From Patescibacteria group bacterium (GTDB taxonomy: Bacteria > Patescibacteriota > Minisyncoccia > Phycocordibacterales > Phycocordibacteraceae), in contig JACDGK010000002.1 in the NCBI GenBank assembly GCA_013815345.1, forward strand, positions 99,399 to 163,398: 64,000 nt of DNA, read 5' to 3'. Positions 1 to 9,053 of the stretch are shown here, piece by piece. The position numbers and the translations under genes are program-made. Each line of letters opens with the position of its first letter. Positions within the stretch are counted from its first letter, which is position 1. A model generated the notes under the pieces. The model was not told the origin of the DNA. It did not search any database and saw nothing but the letters and a program-made list of their open reading frames with translations.

Positions 1-807
1 TACGGAAAGAGGAAGATATTCTGGGCTCTCATAGGTAAGGGGCACCACACACCCAAGAAATATATCTATATTTGTCTTTTCTGCTATGGAAATACGCTTT
101 TCTTGCATCATGGGAGCTTTCGTATTTTTCTTTTTTAGTACACTCGTCTGCGTTCCCTTCGCAAGTCTTCCAAAAGTGCGTTCAACTGCCCTCAGTGCCG
201 TTGCTGTATCGATATCCCCGACGATTGCCAGCACGAGCCCTTCCCTTCCCAGTGATGAACGAAAATCCACTAATTGCGCACGAGTAACTGATTTTAAAGA
301 TTTTTCCTGAAATGCATCTTTCTCGGCATAATTCAGATGAGTTTCGTCATACAAGAGACGAGAGAGTTCATTCGACGCTTGAGTACGAGTATCGGTGCGC
401 TGCTCTTTTAGTCTTCCAAGCAAACGTTCTCGCGTAGAAGAAATTTCAGCTGGTTGAAATACGGCAGTACTTAGACATTCTTCAACAATTTGCAAGAGAA
501 ATGGAAGATCTTCAGGGAGACAAGAACCAGAGAAATACGTGCGATCGCCCCCAGCGGAAAATGAGAGAGAAGCGCCTCGGGCTGCAAGTGATTCACGCAA
601 GTTTTTTTTATCATGTTTCTTCGTTCCCGCATCAAAAAGTTTGCTCGCTAAGAAAGGTGTTTCTCGAAGAGAACGCGGGAGCATATTCGAACCGCCGAGT
701 ACGCTTCCTTCGAGCGTGACAACGTCTTGAGTTCTCATAGGAGCAATAAAGACTCGAGCGTTCTCAAAAAGTTTTTTTTCAGTAATATTTTTTGCAAGAG
801 AATCCAT
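1..807 (-). CDS. M16 family peptidase-like protein, probable non-catalytic partner subunit (partial; runs off window start)
   Basis: Not in ORF track because no stop inside window. Own reverse-strand translation from ATG at 807..805 gives MDSLAKNITEKKLFENARVFIAPMRTQDVVTLEGSVLGGS...GASLSFSAGGDRTYF...LVLAIVGDIDTATALRAVERTFG (M16/M16_C-like). The zinc motif position reads PFLASKLFDAGTKK instead of HxxEH. ATG lies 1 nt after the TAA of the upstream active M16 gene (TAATATG). Confidence 0.7.
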   Translation of the reverse strand, partial: MDSLAKNITEKKLFENARVFIAPMRTQDVVTLEGSVLGGSNMLPRSLRETPFLASKLFDAGTKKHDKKNLRESLAARGASLSFSAGGDRTYFSGSCLPEDLPFLLQIVEECLSTAVFQPAEISSTRERLLGRLKEQRTDTRTQASNELSRLLYDETHLNYAEKDAFQEKSLKSVTRAQLVDFRSSLGREGLVLAIVGDIDTATALRAVERTFGRLAKGTQTSVLKKKNTKAPMMQEKRISIAEKTNIDIFLGCVVPLTYESPEYLPLSV

Positions 808-808
808 A

Positions 809-2149
809 TTAGTGTGAAGTAGTAACAAACCAGCCAACCGTTGATTGATCTTCAACAAGGTATTTTTTAGCTACTCGTTTTATGTCCACGACCGTAACAG
901 TATTGATCTCTTGAGGAAGCGTGACAAAACGCTCCCAGACACCAGTTGCGAGGTCTTCATTCAGTGCTGAAAGTGTTGCATATATACCATCTCGTCGATG
1001 ACCGAGAGCTACACGAACAGCTCGTTTCGCATATGCAAGTTCACGTGCGGTAATGCCTTTCTCAATAACCTCTGCGTAAACTTTTTTGATACGTTTCTCT
1101 ACTAATTCGTGCAATGTTCCAGGAGTAAGGGTCGCATAGGTCATGAAAAGTCCAGGATCATGAAGTTGGTAGCTATATATAGTAACGTCCATGACTTTGG
1201 CAGTATCAACGAGGGCTTTATAGAGTCGACTGGTCTTCCCGTCTGAAAGCACCATATCAAGTACGATAAGTGCTGGAATGTCAGGGTGGTTACCATCGGG
1301 GATTTTATGAGCAATACCAACCATGTTTGCACCAGTTCGTTTGACGATGACGCGGCGCTCACCCTCTTGTTTTGGTTCCTGGGTGTACATGTCGGGGAAA
1401 GCATGTGGCGCTTTGGGGTGTACGCCAAAGTTTTCTGCGATGAGTTTTAGGACTTCCTTCTCATTAAAATTTCCGGCAATGGTGACGGTCGCATTATTGG
1501 GCCAATAGAAATCGTTATAAAATTGTTGTAGCCGTTCGATCGAAACTTTTTCAATATCACTTCTCCAGCCAATCGTCGAGTGATGGTATGGATGTGCTTG
1601 ATACGCGATTGCCCACAACTGCTTATCGAGAGCCTCCATGGGCTCATTTTCGCCGCGTTCGAATTCATTTCGCACAACCGTCATTTCGCTTTGACGATCT
1701 TCTTCTCGTATACGAGCCGTACGCATACGGTCGGCTTCGAGGGCAATGGCGAGGGACAGATGCTCTTTGGGTACTACTTCGTAGTAATTCGTTCTATCAA
1801 ACCAGGTTGTTGCATTTACAAGCGCTCCTTTCGTCTCAAGCAGATGCCAAATGGTGCTCCTCTTTTCTTTATTAAAATTCTTTGAACCCTTAAACATGAG
1901 GTGCTCAAGCATATGAGTAGCGCCCGTATAACCGATTGCTTCATTGCGAGAGCCCACATGATAGGTCACCATACAGCCTGCAACCGGCGCTGAGGCGTTA
2001 GGTATGAGGAGTATACGAAGACCATTTGCCTCCAGCTTGTATTCTCGAATAGTATCGAGTTTTTTGATAAAAGAGATTCCTGGAATAGCAGTCTTTGTCT
2101 TTGCCATTCTGATCACAATACTCTTGCTTTTACGACTCTGCAACGACAA
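809..2149 (-). CDS. M16 family zinc metallopeptidase (insulinase/pitrilysin-like, active subunit)
   Basis: 446 aa; HMLEHLMFKGS (HxxEH inverted zinc-binding motif) plus downstream E; M16 N and C domains recognisable. Confidence 0.85.
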   Translation of the reverse strand: MSLQSRKSKSIVIRMAKTKTAIPGISFIKKLDTIREYKLEANGLRILLIPNASAPVAGCMVTYHVGSRNEAIGYTGATHMLEHLMFKGSKNFNKEKRSTIWHLLETKGALVNATTWFDRTNYYEVVPKEHLSLAIALEADRMRTARIREEDRQSEMTVVRNEFERGENEPMEALDKQLWAIAYQAHPYHHSTIGWRSDIEKVSIERLQQFYNDFYWPNNATVTIAGNFNEKEVLKLIAENFGVHPKAPHAFPDMYTQEPKQEGERRVIVKRTGANMVGIAHKIPDGNHPDIPALIVLDMVLSDGKTSRLYKALVDTAKVMDVTIYSYQLHDPGLFMTYATLTPGTLHELVEKRIKKVYAEVIEKGITARELAYAKRAVRVALGHRRDGIYATLSALNEDLATGVWERFVTLPQEINTVTVVDIKRVAKKYLVEDQSTVGWFVTTSH

Positions 2150-2723
2150 TGTTTGAAGCTTCTTTTTCTTCCTTTATAACTTTTTCAAGACGGTCGCGAA
2201 GAGCACCGGTAATATTTCTTTTGCGAGCTTCTTCCAAAACTGCACCATGGAACCAAACATACATTTCTGTTTTTTGTGCCCATCGTTCAAAGAGTACTGA
2301 CCCCTCTTTCTCAAACGCATCTATCTTACTCTCGATATTGTCAATTTTGTCTGCCATGGAAATAAGCACAGCTGAGTCCTCTGCTCTCGCAAGTTGCTCC
2401 AGATAAGCTTCTTTACGTTCTTTCCAGGTAAGGGTGGTGCCATCCTCATTTGTTTTAGGTTCGCTCACCGCGAGCACGAGTGCAGACGCGCGCGCGCCGA
2501 AGGCGCGCGCAATTTCCTCCGCAGTCGTTTGCGTATCCTCAATAGTGTCATGGAGCATGCCTGCAATAATAGTGTCCTCATCGGCATCAGCGTCAGCAAG
2601 CAGCAAAGCCACCGAAACGGGATGGGTAATGTACGGCAGTCGTTCTGCTTCTCTGCGAAGCTGACCATCATGACGACGCGCAGCAAATTGCAATGCTTTT
2701 CGGACACGATTGGTATGTATCAT
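2130..2723 (-). CDS. HD-domain phosphohydrolase (small Rel/SpoT-like HD protein)
   Basis: 197 aa; ITHPVSVALLLADADADEDTIIAGMLHDTIEDT matches the H..HD..ED metal-binding signature of HD hydrolases; 20-nt overlap with upstream gene. Confidence 0.7.
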   Translation of the reverse strand: MIHTNRVRKALQFAARRHDGQLRREAERLPYITHPVSVALLLADADADEDTIIAGMLHDTIEDTQTTAEEIARAFGARASALVLAVSEPKTNEDGTTLTWKERKEAYLEQLARAEDSAVLISMADKIDNIESKIDAFEKEGSVLFERWAQKTEMYVWFHGAVLEEARKRNITGALRDRLEKVIKEEKEASNIVVAES

Positions 2724-2734
2724 AATAGATATAA

Positions 2735-3379
2735 TTAGCGAGCAAGCGTTTTAAGTATTTTGAAATCTTCTTTAAGCGTATCTTTGAGTGATTGATTGTA
2801 AATGGCTGCGGCTGGATGGTACAACGCAAGGATAGTTACTTTTCCAAAGGAAGCGCCCGCTTCAAAAGATTTTCCGTGCAAAGCGGTCATGCCTTTATTT
2901 TTCGCAGCGAGGTTAAATTTAGAAAGAATATATCCCATTGAGTACCTTCCCAGGGTGGCGAGCACTTTTGGCTGAATAATGTCGATCTGTCGGTCGAGAA
3001 AAGGTCCATAGAGCTCGATTTCTTCAGGAGTCGGATCACGATTTTCTTGAGGACGATCCTTTACAATATTTGTAATATATACGTCTTCACGAGGAATTCC
3101 CACTGACGTTAGTAACTCATCAAGAATTTTCCCTGCTGCGCCGGCAAAAGGTCGACCGGTCTTTGCCTCATTTTTTCCAGGTGCCTCCCCAATAAACATG
3201 ATTTTTGAATCATGACTTCCCTCCCCTATGACCGGAAAATAGTTATTCGACGTACGATACTCATATAAAGGCGACGCCATAAGGCCAAGCACCTCATCTC
3301 TGATTTTCTTGAGTGCTTCGTACTTTACGCTGGTCTCCATATCATTTTCTTCCCAACGCTTCGAACAACCCGGCGGCAT
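2735..3379 (-). CDS. uracil-DNA glycosylase, family 4
   Basis: IMFIGEAPGKNEAKTGRPFAGAAGKILDELL is the family-4 UDG GEAPG motif; C-terminal HPAAAIY-like region. True start probably the internal METSVKY (ATG at 3340). Confidence 0.8.
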   Translation of the reverse strand: MPPGCSKRWEENDMETSVKYEALKKIRDEVLGLMASPLYEYRTSNNYFPVIGEGSHDSKIMFIGEAPGKNEAKTGRPFAGAAGKILDELLTSVGIPREDVYITNIVKDRPQENRDPTPEEIELYGPFLDRQIDIIQPKVLATLGRYSMGYILSKFNLAAKNKGMTALHGKSFEAGASFGKVTILALYHPAAAIYNQSLKDTLKEDFKILKTLAR

Positions 3380-3540
3380 GGAACGGTGGTATCAACGTTT
3401 CGACTCATAATTGTCCCTACGGCACGTGCTGCATTAGGGCTCCCAGCTACAGCAGCTACTTCTTTATAGCTTCGTGTTTCTCCTTTTGGAATTGTACGCA
3501 CAACCGTTCGAACTCTTTCTGCAAATGTATCGCTCTGCAT
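3325..3540 (-). CDS. Ogt/MGMT-like DNA-binding/active-site domain protein, short (71 aa), PCRR variant
   Basis: TIPKGETRSYKEVAAVAGSPNAARAVGTIMSRNVDTTVPCRRVVRSVGK aligns to the MGMT C-terminal domain (IPxG..tY..lA...g.p.aaRAVG...N...iPCHRV) with His->Arg; ORF stops before the usual GY.GG tail; overlaps UDG N-terminus. Confidence 0.5.
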   Translation of the reverse strand: MQSDTFAERVRTVVRTIPKGETRSYKEVAAVAGSPNAARAVGTIMSRNVDTTVPCRRVVRSVGKKMIWRPA

Positions 3541-3558
3541 ATTTTTCCAGCGGTATAC

Positions 3559-4659
3559 TTATCGGTATAAGAAGTACGGCGTATTAGCCAAGGTCTTGAA
3601 TGCGGTGAGGCCAGCGCCTTGCAAAGAGAAGTCGCCATTATTGCCGTTCGCATCAAAGTAGTTAAGAGCTTTAAATTGAGGATACTTTGTTGGTAGTTCT
3701 GTTTGTATCTGCTGAATGTATTTTACCTGGTCTGCGGCTTGCGCTCCAGTTGCGCCTATCATCATCGGCTTGTTGTGTCCTACCCACTGATTGTAGAAAG
3801 GCCCAAATATTTCATCGAAGCCTGGTTTATTCGCCTTGTCGCGGCTGAAACCGTCACCCGCTATCCAATCGACATAGGTGTCGCCCGGATAATATTGTGC
3901 CGTGTCGCTGCTCCCTGCACTTGGGCACCAAACAAACGCGACGTTCGTAGCGCCGACCCTGTGAAAGATCGTCCAGATGTGCTTCCATGCAGCAATGAAG
4001 TTCGCACCGTTATTATACGCATCACACCCCCGACTGGTATGACTCGAGTCGTTTTTGTTCATTTCCCAGTACCACCGCATGAACGTCGGCTTGCCAAACG
4101 TTTTGAGTGCAGTCGCTTCAGCGGTAAGTGCTGCGTCGTCTTTGCCTGATAGTATTTCTTCAACATTGGCGCACGAGAGTTCTATGCTCGGTATAGAACC
4201 GTTTTTATCACTAGCTAAGAGGGACGCCTGAGGAATAGGGTTTGTGAAGCCTATGTAGATGGGTAAGATGGCAAGTGAGCGACCGATAGAGGCGTTGAAT
4301 ATTGGTAACTGCTGAAACTCTCCGGCTCCAGGAATATCATTCTTATCGCCAGCGATACCTCCGGGATTCACTCGAGCACCAAGATACGTGCCTGTTGCTG
4401 GTATTTTAGGAGGTAGTAATACGCCACTGCCACCGCCATTTCCACTCCCTTCACCTATAGTGGGAGGTAGAGATCCTCTTCCGTCAAAAAGCCGCGAGAA
4501 TGAATCGAAAAAAGATGACAACGCTGCTGCTAAGGAGCTACTTCCAGCTCCGTTATTTGCGACAAATTCGCCGTTCTTCTGGCTAACAACATAGAACCCA
4601 AATCCAATTAACAGTACAACGACCACTAAAGCGACTACTTTATAGGGAGATTTTTTCAT
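3559..4659 (-). CDS. secreted glycoside hydrolase family 26-like protein (N-terminal membrane anchor)
   Basis: N-terminal hydrophobic segment; FMRWYWEMN (cf. GH26 RxxHEMN acid/base motif) and NVAFVWCPS...YYPGDTYVDWIAGDGF (cf. GH26 YPGDdYVDWvG). Position of the expected nucleophile Glu reads MMIGATGA (no Glu by eye). Confidence 0.6.
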   Translation of the reverse strand: MKKSPYKVVALVVVVLLIGFGFYVVSQKNGEFVANNGAGSSSLAAALSSFFDSFSRLFDGRGSLPPTIGEGSGNGGGSGVLLPPKIPATGTYLGARVNPGGIAGDKNDIPGAGEFQQLPIFNASIGRSLAILPIYIGFTNPIPQASLLASDKNGSIPSIELSCANVEEILSGKDDAALTAEATALKTFGKPTFMRWYWEMNKNDSSHTSRGCDAYNNGANFIAAWKHIWTIFHRVGATNVAFVWCPSAGSSDTAQYYPGDTYVDWIAGDGFSRDKANKPGFDEIFGPFYNQWVGHNKPMMIGATGAQAADQVKYIQQIQTELPTKYPQFKALNYFDANGNNGDFSLQGAGLTAFKTLANTPYFLYR

Positions 4660-4744
4660 GATTCTGGTGGTTAGTATGTACCATGATTATATAGCCCAGA
4701 TTACTTAGGGCCATACACACGTTCTAATAGGAAACACCTTCCTT

Positions 4745-5596
4745 TTAAGAAGAACCTGCTTTGTTCTTTTTAGCCTCTTGATGAAGTTCCAAAAGTTTTT
4801 TACCCGCAAAGTCACGATAGGCGCAATATTCGCAACGTTTCGAGGCGTCAGGAATTGTGTCAGACAGTAGGCATCCTTTTATTTCTTTGAGCGCACCGTC
4901 AATCCAGGAGTCATCACCTTCATACGGCAGTATCGTTATGTCGAATTCAAGCTTTCCATCAAATGCTTCTCGATCATTGTGTCCATTCGCGTAAACGAAG
5001 TACGCTGTCTTAGAAACGTTAAAATCGTTACGACGAAAAAGCCATTGATAGATCTCGATCTGCCGCTTATAGCTATCTTTCCATGCATCATCCAGAGTGA
5101 CTTCTGCTTTCCCTGCCGTTGATTTGTAATCAACGATGTAGAGTTCTCCATTTTCCCCTTCCCATACGTCATCGATGCCGCCGCGCAGGATAATATTAGT
5201 TTCAGGGTGGAGATACTGTATGCCACGCTTAAATGCGTCGCGCCATTCTTCTATTTTTTCATGTGCATACGGTACGGCGTTGATGCCATACTTCTTCATT
5301 AACGGATGTGTTTCTTTTTTTGCACGATAAATATCGAACTCTCTTTTGAAAAGCTCGTCCACGGCATTGTTGAGGGTAAAAGGAAAAGAATCAGGCCGGC
5401 CGATGCCATACCGCGCTTCGATCCAAAAGCAGCGTGGACACTCCACATAGCGTTCTACTTTTGAACGGCTCATGGTATACGGCATTTTCGATCCCGGATC
5501 GAAGCGCCCCTTTTCCCATTTCAGTTTGTACCCGTCGAGTCCCATCAGTACAGTGTACGCGTTTAGGTCGATGCTGTAAAAGACGTAGATTCGCAA
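4745..5596 (-). CDS. Cas4-like PD-(D/E)xK nuclease with 4-Cys Fe-S cluster motif (standalone, no CRISPR context)
   Basis: CPRC near N-terminus and CEYCAY near C-terminus (4 Cys); GGIDDVWEGENGELYIVDYKS (RecB motifs II/III); QIEIYQWL (QhxxY). Confidence 0.65.
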   Translation of the reverse strand: MRIYVFYSIDLNAYTVLMGLDGYKLKWEKGRFDPGSKMPYTMSRSKVERYVECPRCFWIEARYGIGRPDSFPFTLNNAVDELFKREFDIYRAKKETHPLMKKYGINAVPYAHEKIEEWRDAFKRGIQYLHPETNIILRGGIDDVWEGENGELYIVDYKSTAGKAEVTLDDAWKDSYKRQIEIYQWLFRRNDFNVSKTAYFVYANGHNDREAFDGKLEFDITILPYEGDDSWIDGALKEIKGCLLSDTIPDASKRCEYCAYRDFAGKKLLELHQEAKKNKAGSS

Positions 5597-6465
5597 AGAG
5601 CATTCGATTCTGCAAGAATGGCGCCGATTCGATCAGGAGGAATGCTGAGCGAACGAAGCACCTCTCGATGTTCACGTACCTGATCACAGGTGACGATGCC
5701 TTTATCAATCAAAAGTCGTTTTTCTGCTTTTTTCAGCAGCGTAAGTGCGGTGACGGGATACAGTCCAGTCGCAACAATGCGATCGTATAAATTTCCTTCG
5801 TGAGGGTAGCTCCACCCCAAAAGCTCGATACCGGCGCATTTCGCATACTGAATCGCTTGCGAGGTGAATTTAGTATTCGTGATAAGAAAACCATGATCAA
5901 TGGGACATGAACTGTCGGTTTTAGGATCACAATTCCAGATATCTTCAAAGCGTGCTTTCACATACAATGCAATTTTTACGTCCGTTTTATAACTAGGATC
6001 ATTATGATACTTGAGTTCGGCAGCAAGAAATTCTCCGCCGCGGGTCGCATAGATATCTACCTCATGCGAAACACACTTTCCTGCAATGATTTTCCGCCAC
6101 TCGACCTCCCACCCTTCCTTTTTAAACATTTGGGCAACAAAGTCTTCAAAGGGGTGCCCAGAGGGACCAAGTTCGAAGAGCGCGCGTCGAAGCGAGTAGC
6201 GGGCTGCTGCGGCTCGCGTATCTTGTCGAAGCATAGTAAACGCACGTTTATATATTTCATGCGTTCCTGCTCTGTTTCCTATAGATAATTCAATAGTACG
6301 TCGTATGCGTTCGGCGGTATGGGCACCTGCACCTGCTCGACGCAATGAATTCTCTAGCTTCGACGGGTCAAATGCTTCGGCGGTACCGTCAGCTTTTATA
6401 ATTGTGGGTTTAAGATCAGTATCGAGTGCCGCCATGCTTATGCAATAATACCACCCCCAAGACAT
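5563..6465 (-). CDS. ATP-cone domain fused to Mrr-like (type IV restriction endonuclease-like) PD-(D/E)xK nuclease domain
   Basis: N-terminus PTIIKADGTAEAFDPSKLENSLRRAGA resembles the ATP-cone (NrdR/RNR allosteric domain); middle GHPFEDFVAQMFKKEGWEVEW...HEVDIYATRGGEFLAAELKY resembles Mrr_cat (D...ExK). Likely start at internal MAALDTD (about 6435). Overlaps the Cas4-like gene by 34 nt. Confidence 0.55.
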   Translation of the reverse strand: MSWGWYYCISMAALDTDLKPTIIKADGTAEAFDPSKLENSLRRAGAGAHTAERIRRTIELSIGNRAGTHEIYKRAFTMLRQDTRAAAARYSLRRALFELGPSGHPFEDFVAQMFKKEGWEVEWRKIIAGKCVSHEVDIYATRGGEFLAAELKYHNDPSYKTDVKIALYVKARFEDIWNCDPKTDSSCPIDHGFLITNTKFTSQAIQYAKCAGIELLGWSYPHEGNLYDRIVATGLYPVTALTLLKKAEKRLLIDKGIVTCDQVREHREVLRSLSIPPDRIGAILAESNALCESTSFTAST

Positions 6466-7529
6466 TCGTCTTCTCGATAGAGCACGAGCGATTGTCCTCC
6501 TGCGATTGGTTGCAGCAAGGGTTCATTTAGTGTAAAAATATCGCGCGCTTTATTCAGCGTTCCTAAAATAGTCGGTCCATGGTATCGATACTGTGCTTGT
6601 AGTATTTCGTTTTCGATAGACGTATCACTAAACCAGTTTGTTTGAGTAAGATGTATATTCTGAGTAATAGCTGGAACATCGGCCGTAGATCCCACTGTAA
6701 GCATGTTTTCATGCATATCCTTTTTAAGAACGTACCACGGCCCTTCGGGTGCATTTTTAAGTGAAAGACGTTGTCCTAGCGTATATAAGACCGCCCCTTC
6801 ATGGATTCCAACTTCTTTTCCTTCCGCATCAATAGCTTTCCCGTCTTCCGGACTAAGCTCCTGTCGTAAAAAATCATCAACTGAAATCGAACCAAGAAAA
6901 CAAATTCCTTGGCTGTCCTTCTTTTCTGCTACCGGCAACTTGTATTCCTTCGCTAGTTCTCGCACCCTTTCCTTTTTAAATTCACCCAGTGGAAAAAGGG
7001 TATGGTCGATTGTCTCTTTTGGAACTGCCCATAGAAAATAACTTTGATCTTTTGTGTCATTAATCCCGCGCAGAAGTCGTGAAGGGGATGGAGCTGTCGC
7101 ATGTTGTAACTCTCGCGGCGCAACTCGTGCATAGTGGCCGGTAGCTATAAAATCAACCCTTTTAGATCGTGCGAAAGAATAATACGCGCCAAATTTTACT
7201 TCACGATTGCACATGATGTCTGGATTTGGTGTTCTCCCCTGCGCATATTCACCGATAAGATAGTCAATCACTCCTTTTTTATATTCAACGCTTGCGTCAA
7301 GAGTATAAAAAGGTATGCGGAGAAAAGCGGCAACGCGCATCGCATCACGACGGTCATCTGCCCATGTGCATGGCATGTCAGGCGGATACCAACCCTTTAT
7401 GAATACACCGGTAATCGCTGCGCCGGTTTTTTGAAGAAGAGCCGCAGACACGGCTGAATCCACTCCTCCCGATAAACCCACGAATATTCGTGCGTTCTTT
7501 AATGCGTCGAAATCTTGCCCGTTTTGCAT
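6438..7529 (-). CDS. mnmA: tRNA-specific 2-thiouridylase MnmA
   Basis: IFVGLSGGVDSAVSAALL PP-loop (SGGxDS), CxxC-type residues and length 363 aa. Confidence 0.9.
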   Translation of the reverse strand: MQNGQDFDALKNARIFVGLSGGVDSAVSAALLQKTGAAITGVFIKGWYPPDMPCTWADDRRDAMRVAAFLRIPFYTLDASVEYKKGVIDYLIGEYAQGRTPNPDIMCNREVKFGAYYSFARSKRVDFIATGHYARVAPRELQHATAPSPSRLLRGINDTKDQSYFLWAVPKETIDHTLFPLGEFKKERVRELAKEYKLPVAEKKDSQGICFLGSISVDDFLRQELSPEDGKAIDAEGKEVGIHEGAVLYTLGQRLSLKNAPEGPWYVLKKDMHENMLTVGSTADVPAITQNIHLTQTNWFSDTSIENEILQAQYRYHGPTILGTLNKARDIFTLNEPLLQPIAGGQSLVLYREDECLGGGIIA

Positions 7530-7564
7530 ACAATCGTTATATCACTCTTCCCCTATCTGTCTCA

Positions 7565-8971
7565 TTAGGTAGGAAGATTTGAAGGTGCGCCAGCGGTTGC
7601 CGACTGGATACGCGGAAGATTTGGCGTTGTCACCGCGCTCGAAGGAATATGATACAGCGTAGCAAGCTCTTCACTGCTTAGAATCATCCATGGTCCTACA
7701 TAAGGATCGTAGTAATAGGAGCGATAGCGATACATGCGAAGTACCTCGCCTTTCAAGAAGGTACGACGATGGCCTCCTCGATCTTCCCAGGGATAATCAT
7801 TGAATGAGCCGCCAAAGGTACTTGCTAAACCTATATTATTGCGTGACTCATCATTAAACGGCTTAAATAGATTAATGAGAGCAGTTACCATAATGCCTTG
7901 AAATGCGTCTTTAGTACCGGAATAAATGCAGCGAATGCCGACATCAAAGCCTTGCTTTCCGGTTTTGCGCTCGATAGAGGCAATCGTTTCGTTCATTCCC
8001 TTGGTTGGATTTGGAAATCCTTGAGTTTCTATCATGGCACCGGTGGCTGGATCAACGTGCGTATTCTTTTTTGAGTGTTTTTCCCGCAGTTCTTCGATAA
8101 TTTCATCTGCCTCGTCCTTCCAAGTATACGTTTTTCCCGCAGCATTCTTTTTTGTGGTAAACATGCCTCCCCACTTTTCAGTTTTTGTTTGCCGCACAAT
8201 GAATTGAAGCCACATTTGCTCATTAGGGCCAATTGCTCCCATGAGTTCGATCAACTGTGCGAGGGGGTCGACGGTCTCTTCAGGCTTATCACCCGGTTCA
8301 ATCTCGTAATCCACATAGGTTTTAAGAGGATATGGATCTGGTCTCTTAAGAGCATATTCACATCCCCAGAGGTCGTGGTCAGCATCGAGAGGATCGTTGA
8401 CACGCGCATAGTCTTCGGCCTCAATAATCTCGAGACCGGGATACTGCGCGTACAGATAGCTCTCCACCAATCGACGAAATCCAACACGTGTCCAGATATA
8501 AAAATGTACGCGGCCTCCGATCGAAACTATTTCAAATGACCACCATGCACGCACATTACCGAGAACAAACTTTTTCCACCACGTAGTCTCTCCGGTACCG
8601 ATATGCATATTCGCAAAGAAAAGTTCCATAGATTTTGGTGTCTTGCTGGTATCTCGCGGAATGCGTAGCTCTAAAAGCACGTATTCCTGACTAGCAAAGA
8701 ATTCTGCACGCTTAGCTTGCACATAGCGCACTGCAGTAAAACGGATGAGGGCAAGAGGTATCCAAATTGGTGAAAGAAAAAGAAGTACGCTGAAATTACT
8801 TAATGATTGAGACGGAGAGAGTATAAAAAAAGTCACTATCAGAATGACAAAAGCAATAATCAACGTTCTCGCCCTGATGTTCAGGCTGTGATTGCTGCTC
8901 GAGCCACGCACTAAATTATCAATTGTTGAAAAAAAAGGGAGCATATTGCCCGCGCTATCTTTACTTGCCAT
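7565..8971 (-). CDS. hypothetical membrane-anchored protein (2 N-terminal TM helices + about 380-aa soluble domain)
   Basis: 468-aa ORF with hydrophobic LIIAFVILIVTFFIL and FSVLLFLSPIWIPLALIRF segments; no motif recognised; no P-loop. Confidence 0.45.
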   Translation of the reverse strand: MASKDSAGNMLPFFSTIDNLVRGSSSNHSLNIRARTLIIAFVILIVTFFILSPSQSLSNFSVLLFLSPIWIPLALIRFTAVRYVQAKRAEFFASQEYVLLELRIPRDTSKTPKSMELFFANMHIGTGETTWWKKFVLGNVRAWWSFEIVSIGGRVHFYIWTRVGFRRLVESYLYAQYPGLEIIEAEDYARVNDPLDADHDLWGCEYALKRPDPYPLKTYVDYEIEPGDKPEETVDPLAQLIELMGAIGPNEQMWLQFIVRQTKTEKWGGMFTTKKNAAGKTYTWKDEADEIIEELREKHSKKNTHVDPATGAMIETQGFPNPTKGMNETIASIERKTGKQGFDVGIRCIYSGTKDAFQGIMVTALINLFKPFNDESRNNIGLASTFGGSFNDYPWEDRGGHRRTFLKGEVLRMYRYRSYYYDPYVGPWMILSSEELATLYHIPSSAVTTPNLPRIQSATAGAPSNLPT

Positions 8972-9053
8972 ATGGCCAGTATACCATCAGCATATTCCCT
9001 CCAATGCCTTGAGTGTGCCCTCTTTTTCGTACGTTTGGTTTCGGTAAGCCTTG

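Noticed and set aside
541-660. Apparent frameshift in the partial M16-like gene at the T8/A8 run (602..609)
   Set aside because: My first hand transcription dropped one A. Recounting gives 8 bases and a continuous reading frame (..KKHDKKNLRESLAARGASLSFSAGGDRTYF..), so the gene is intact within the window.
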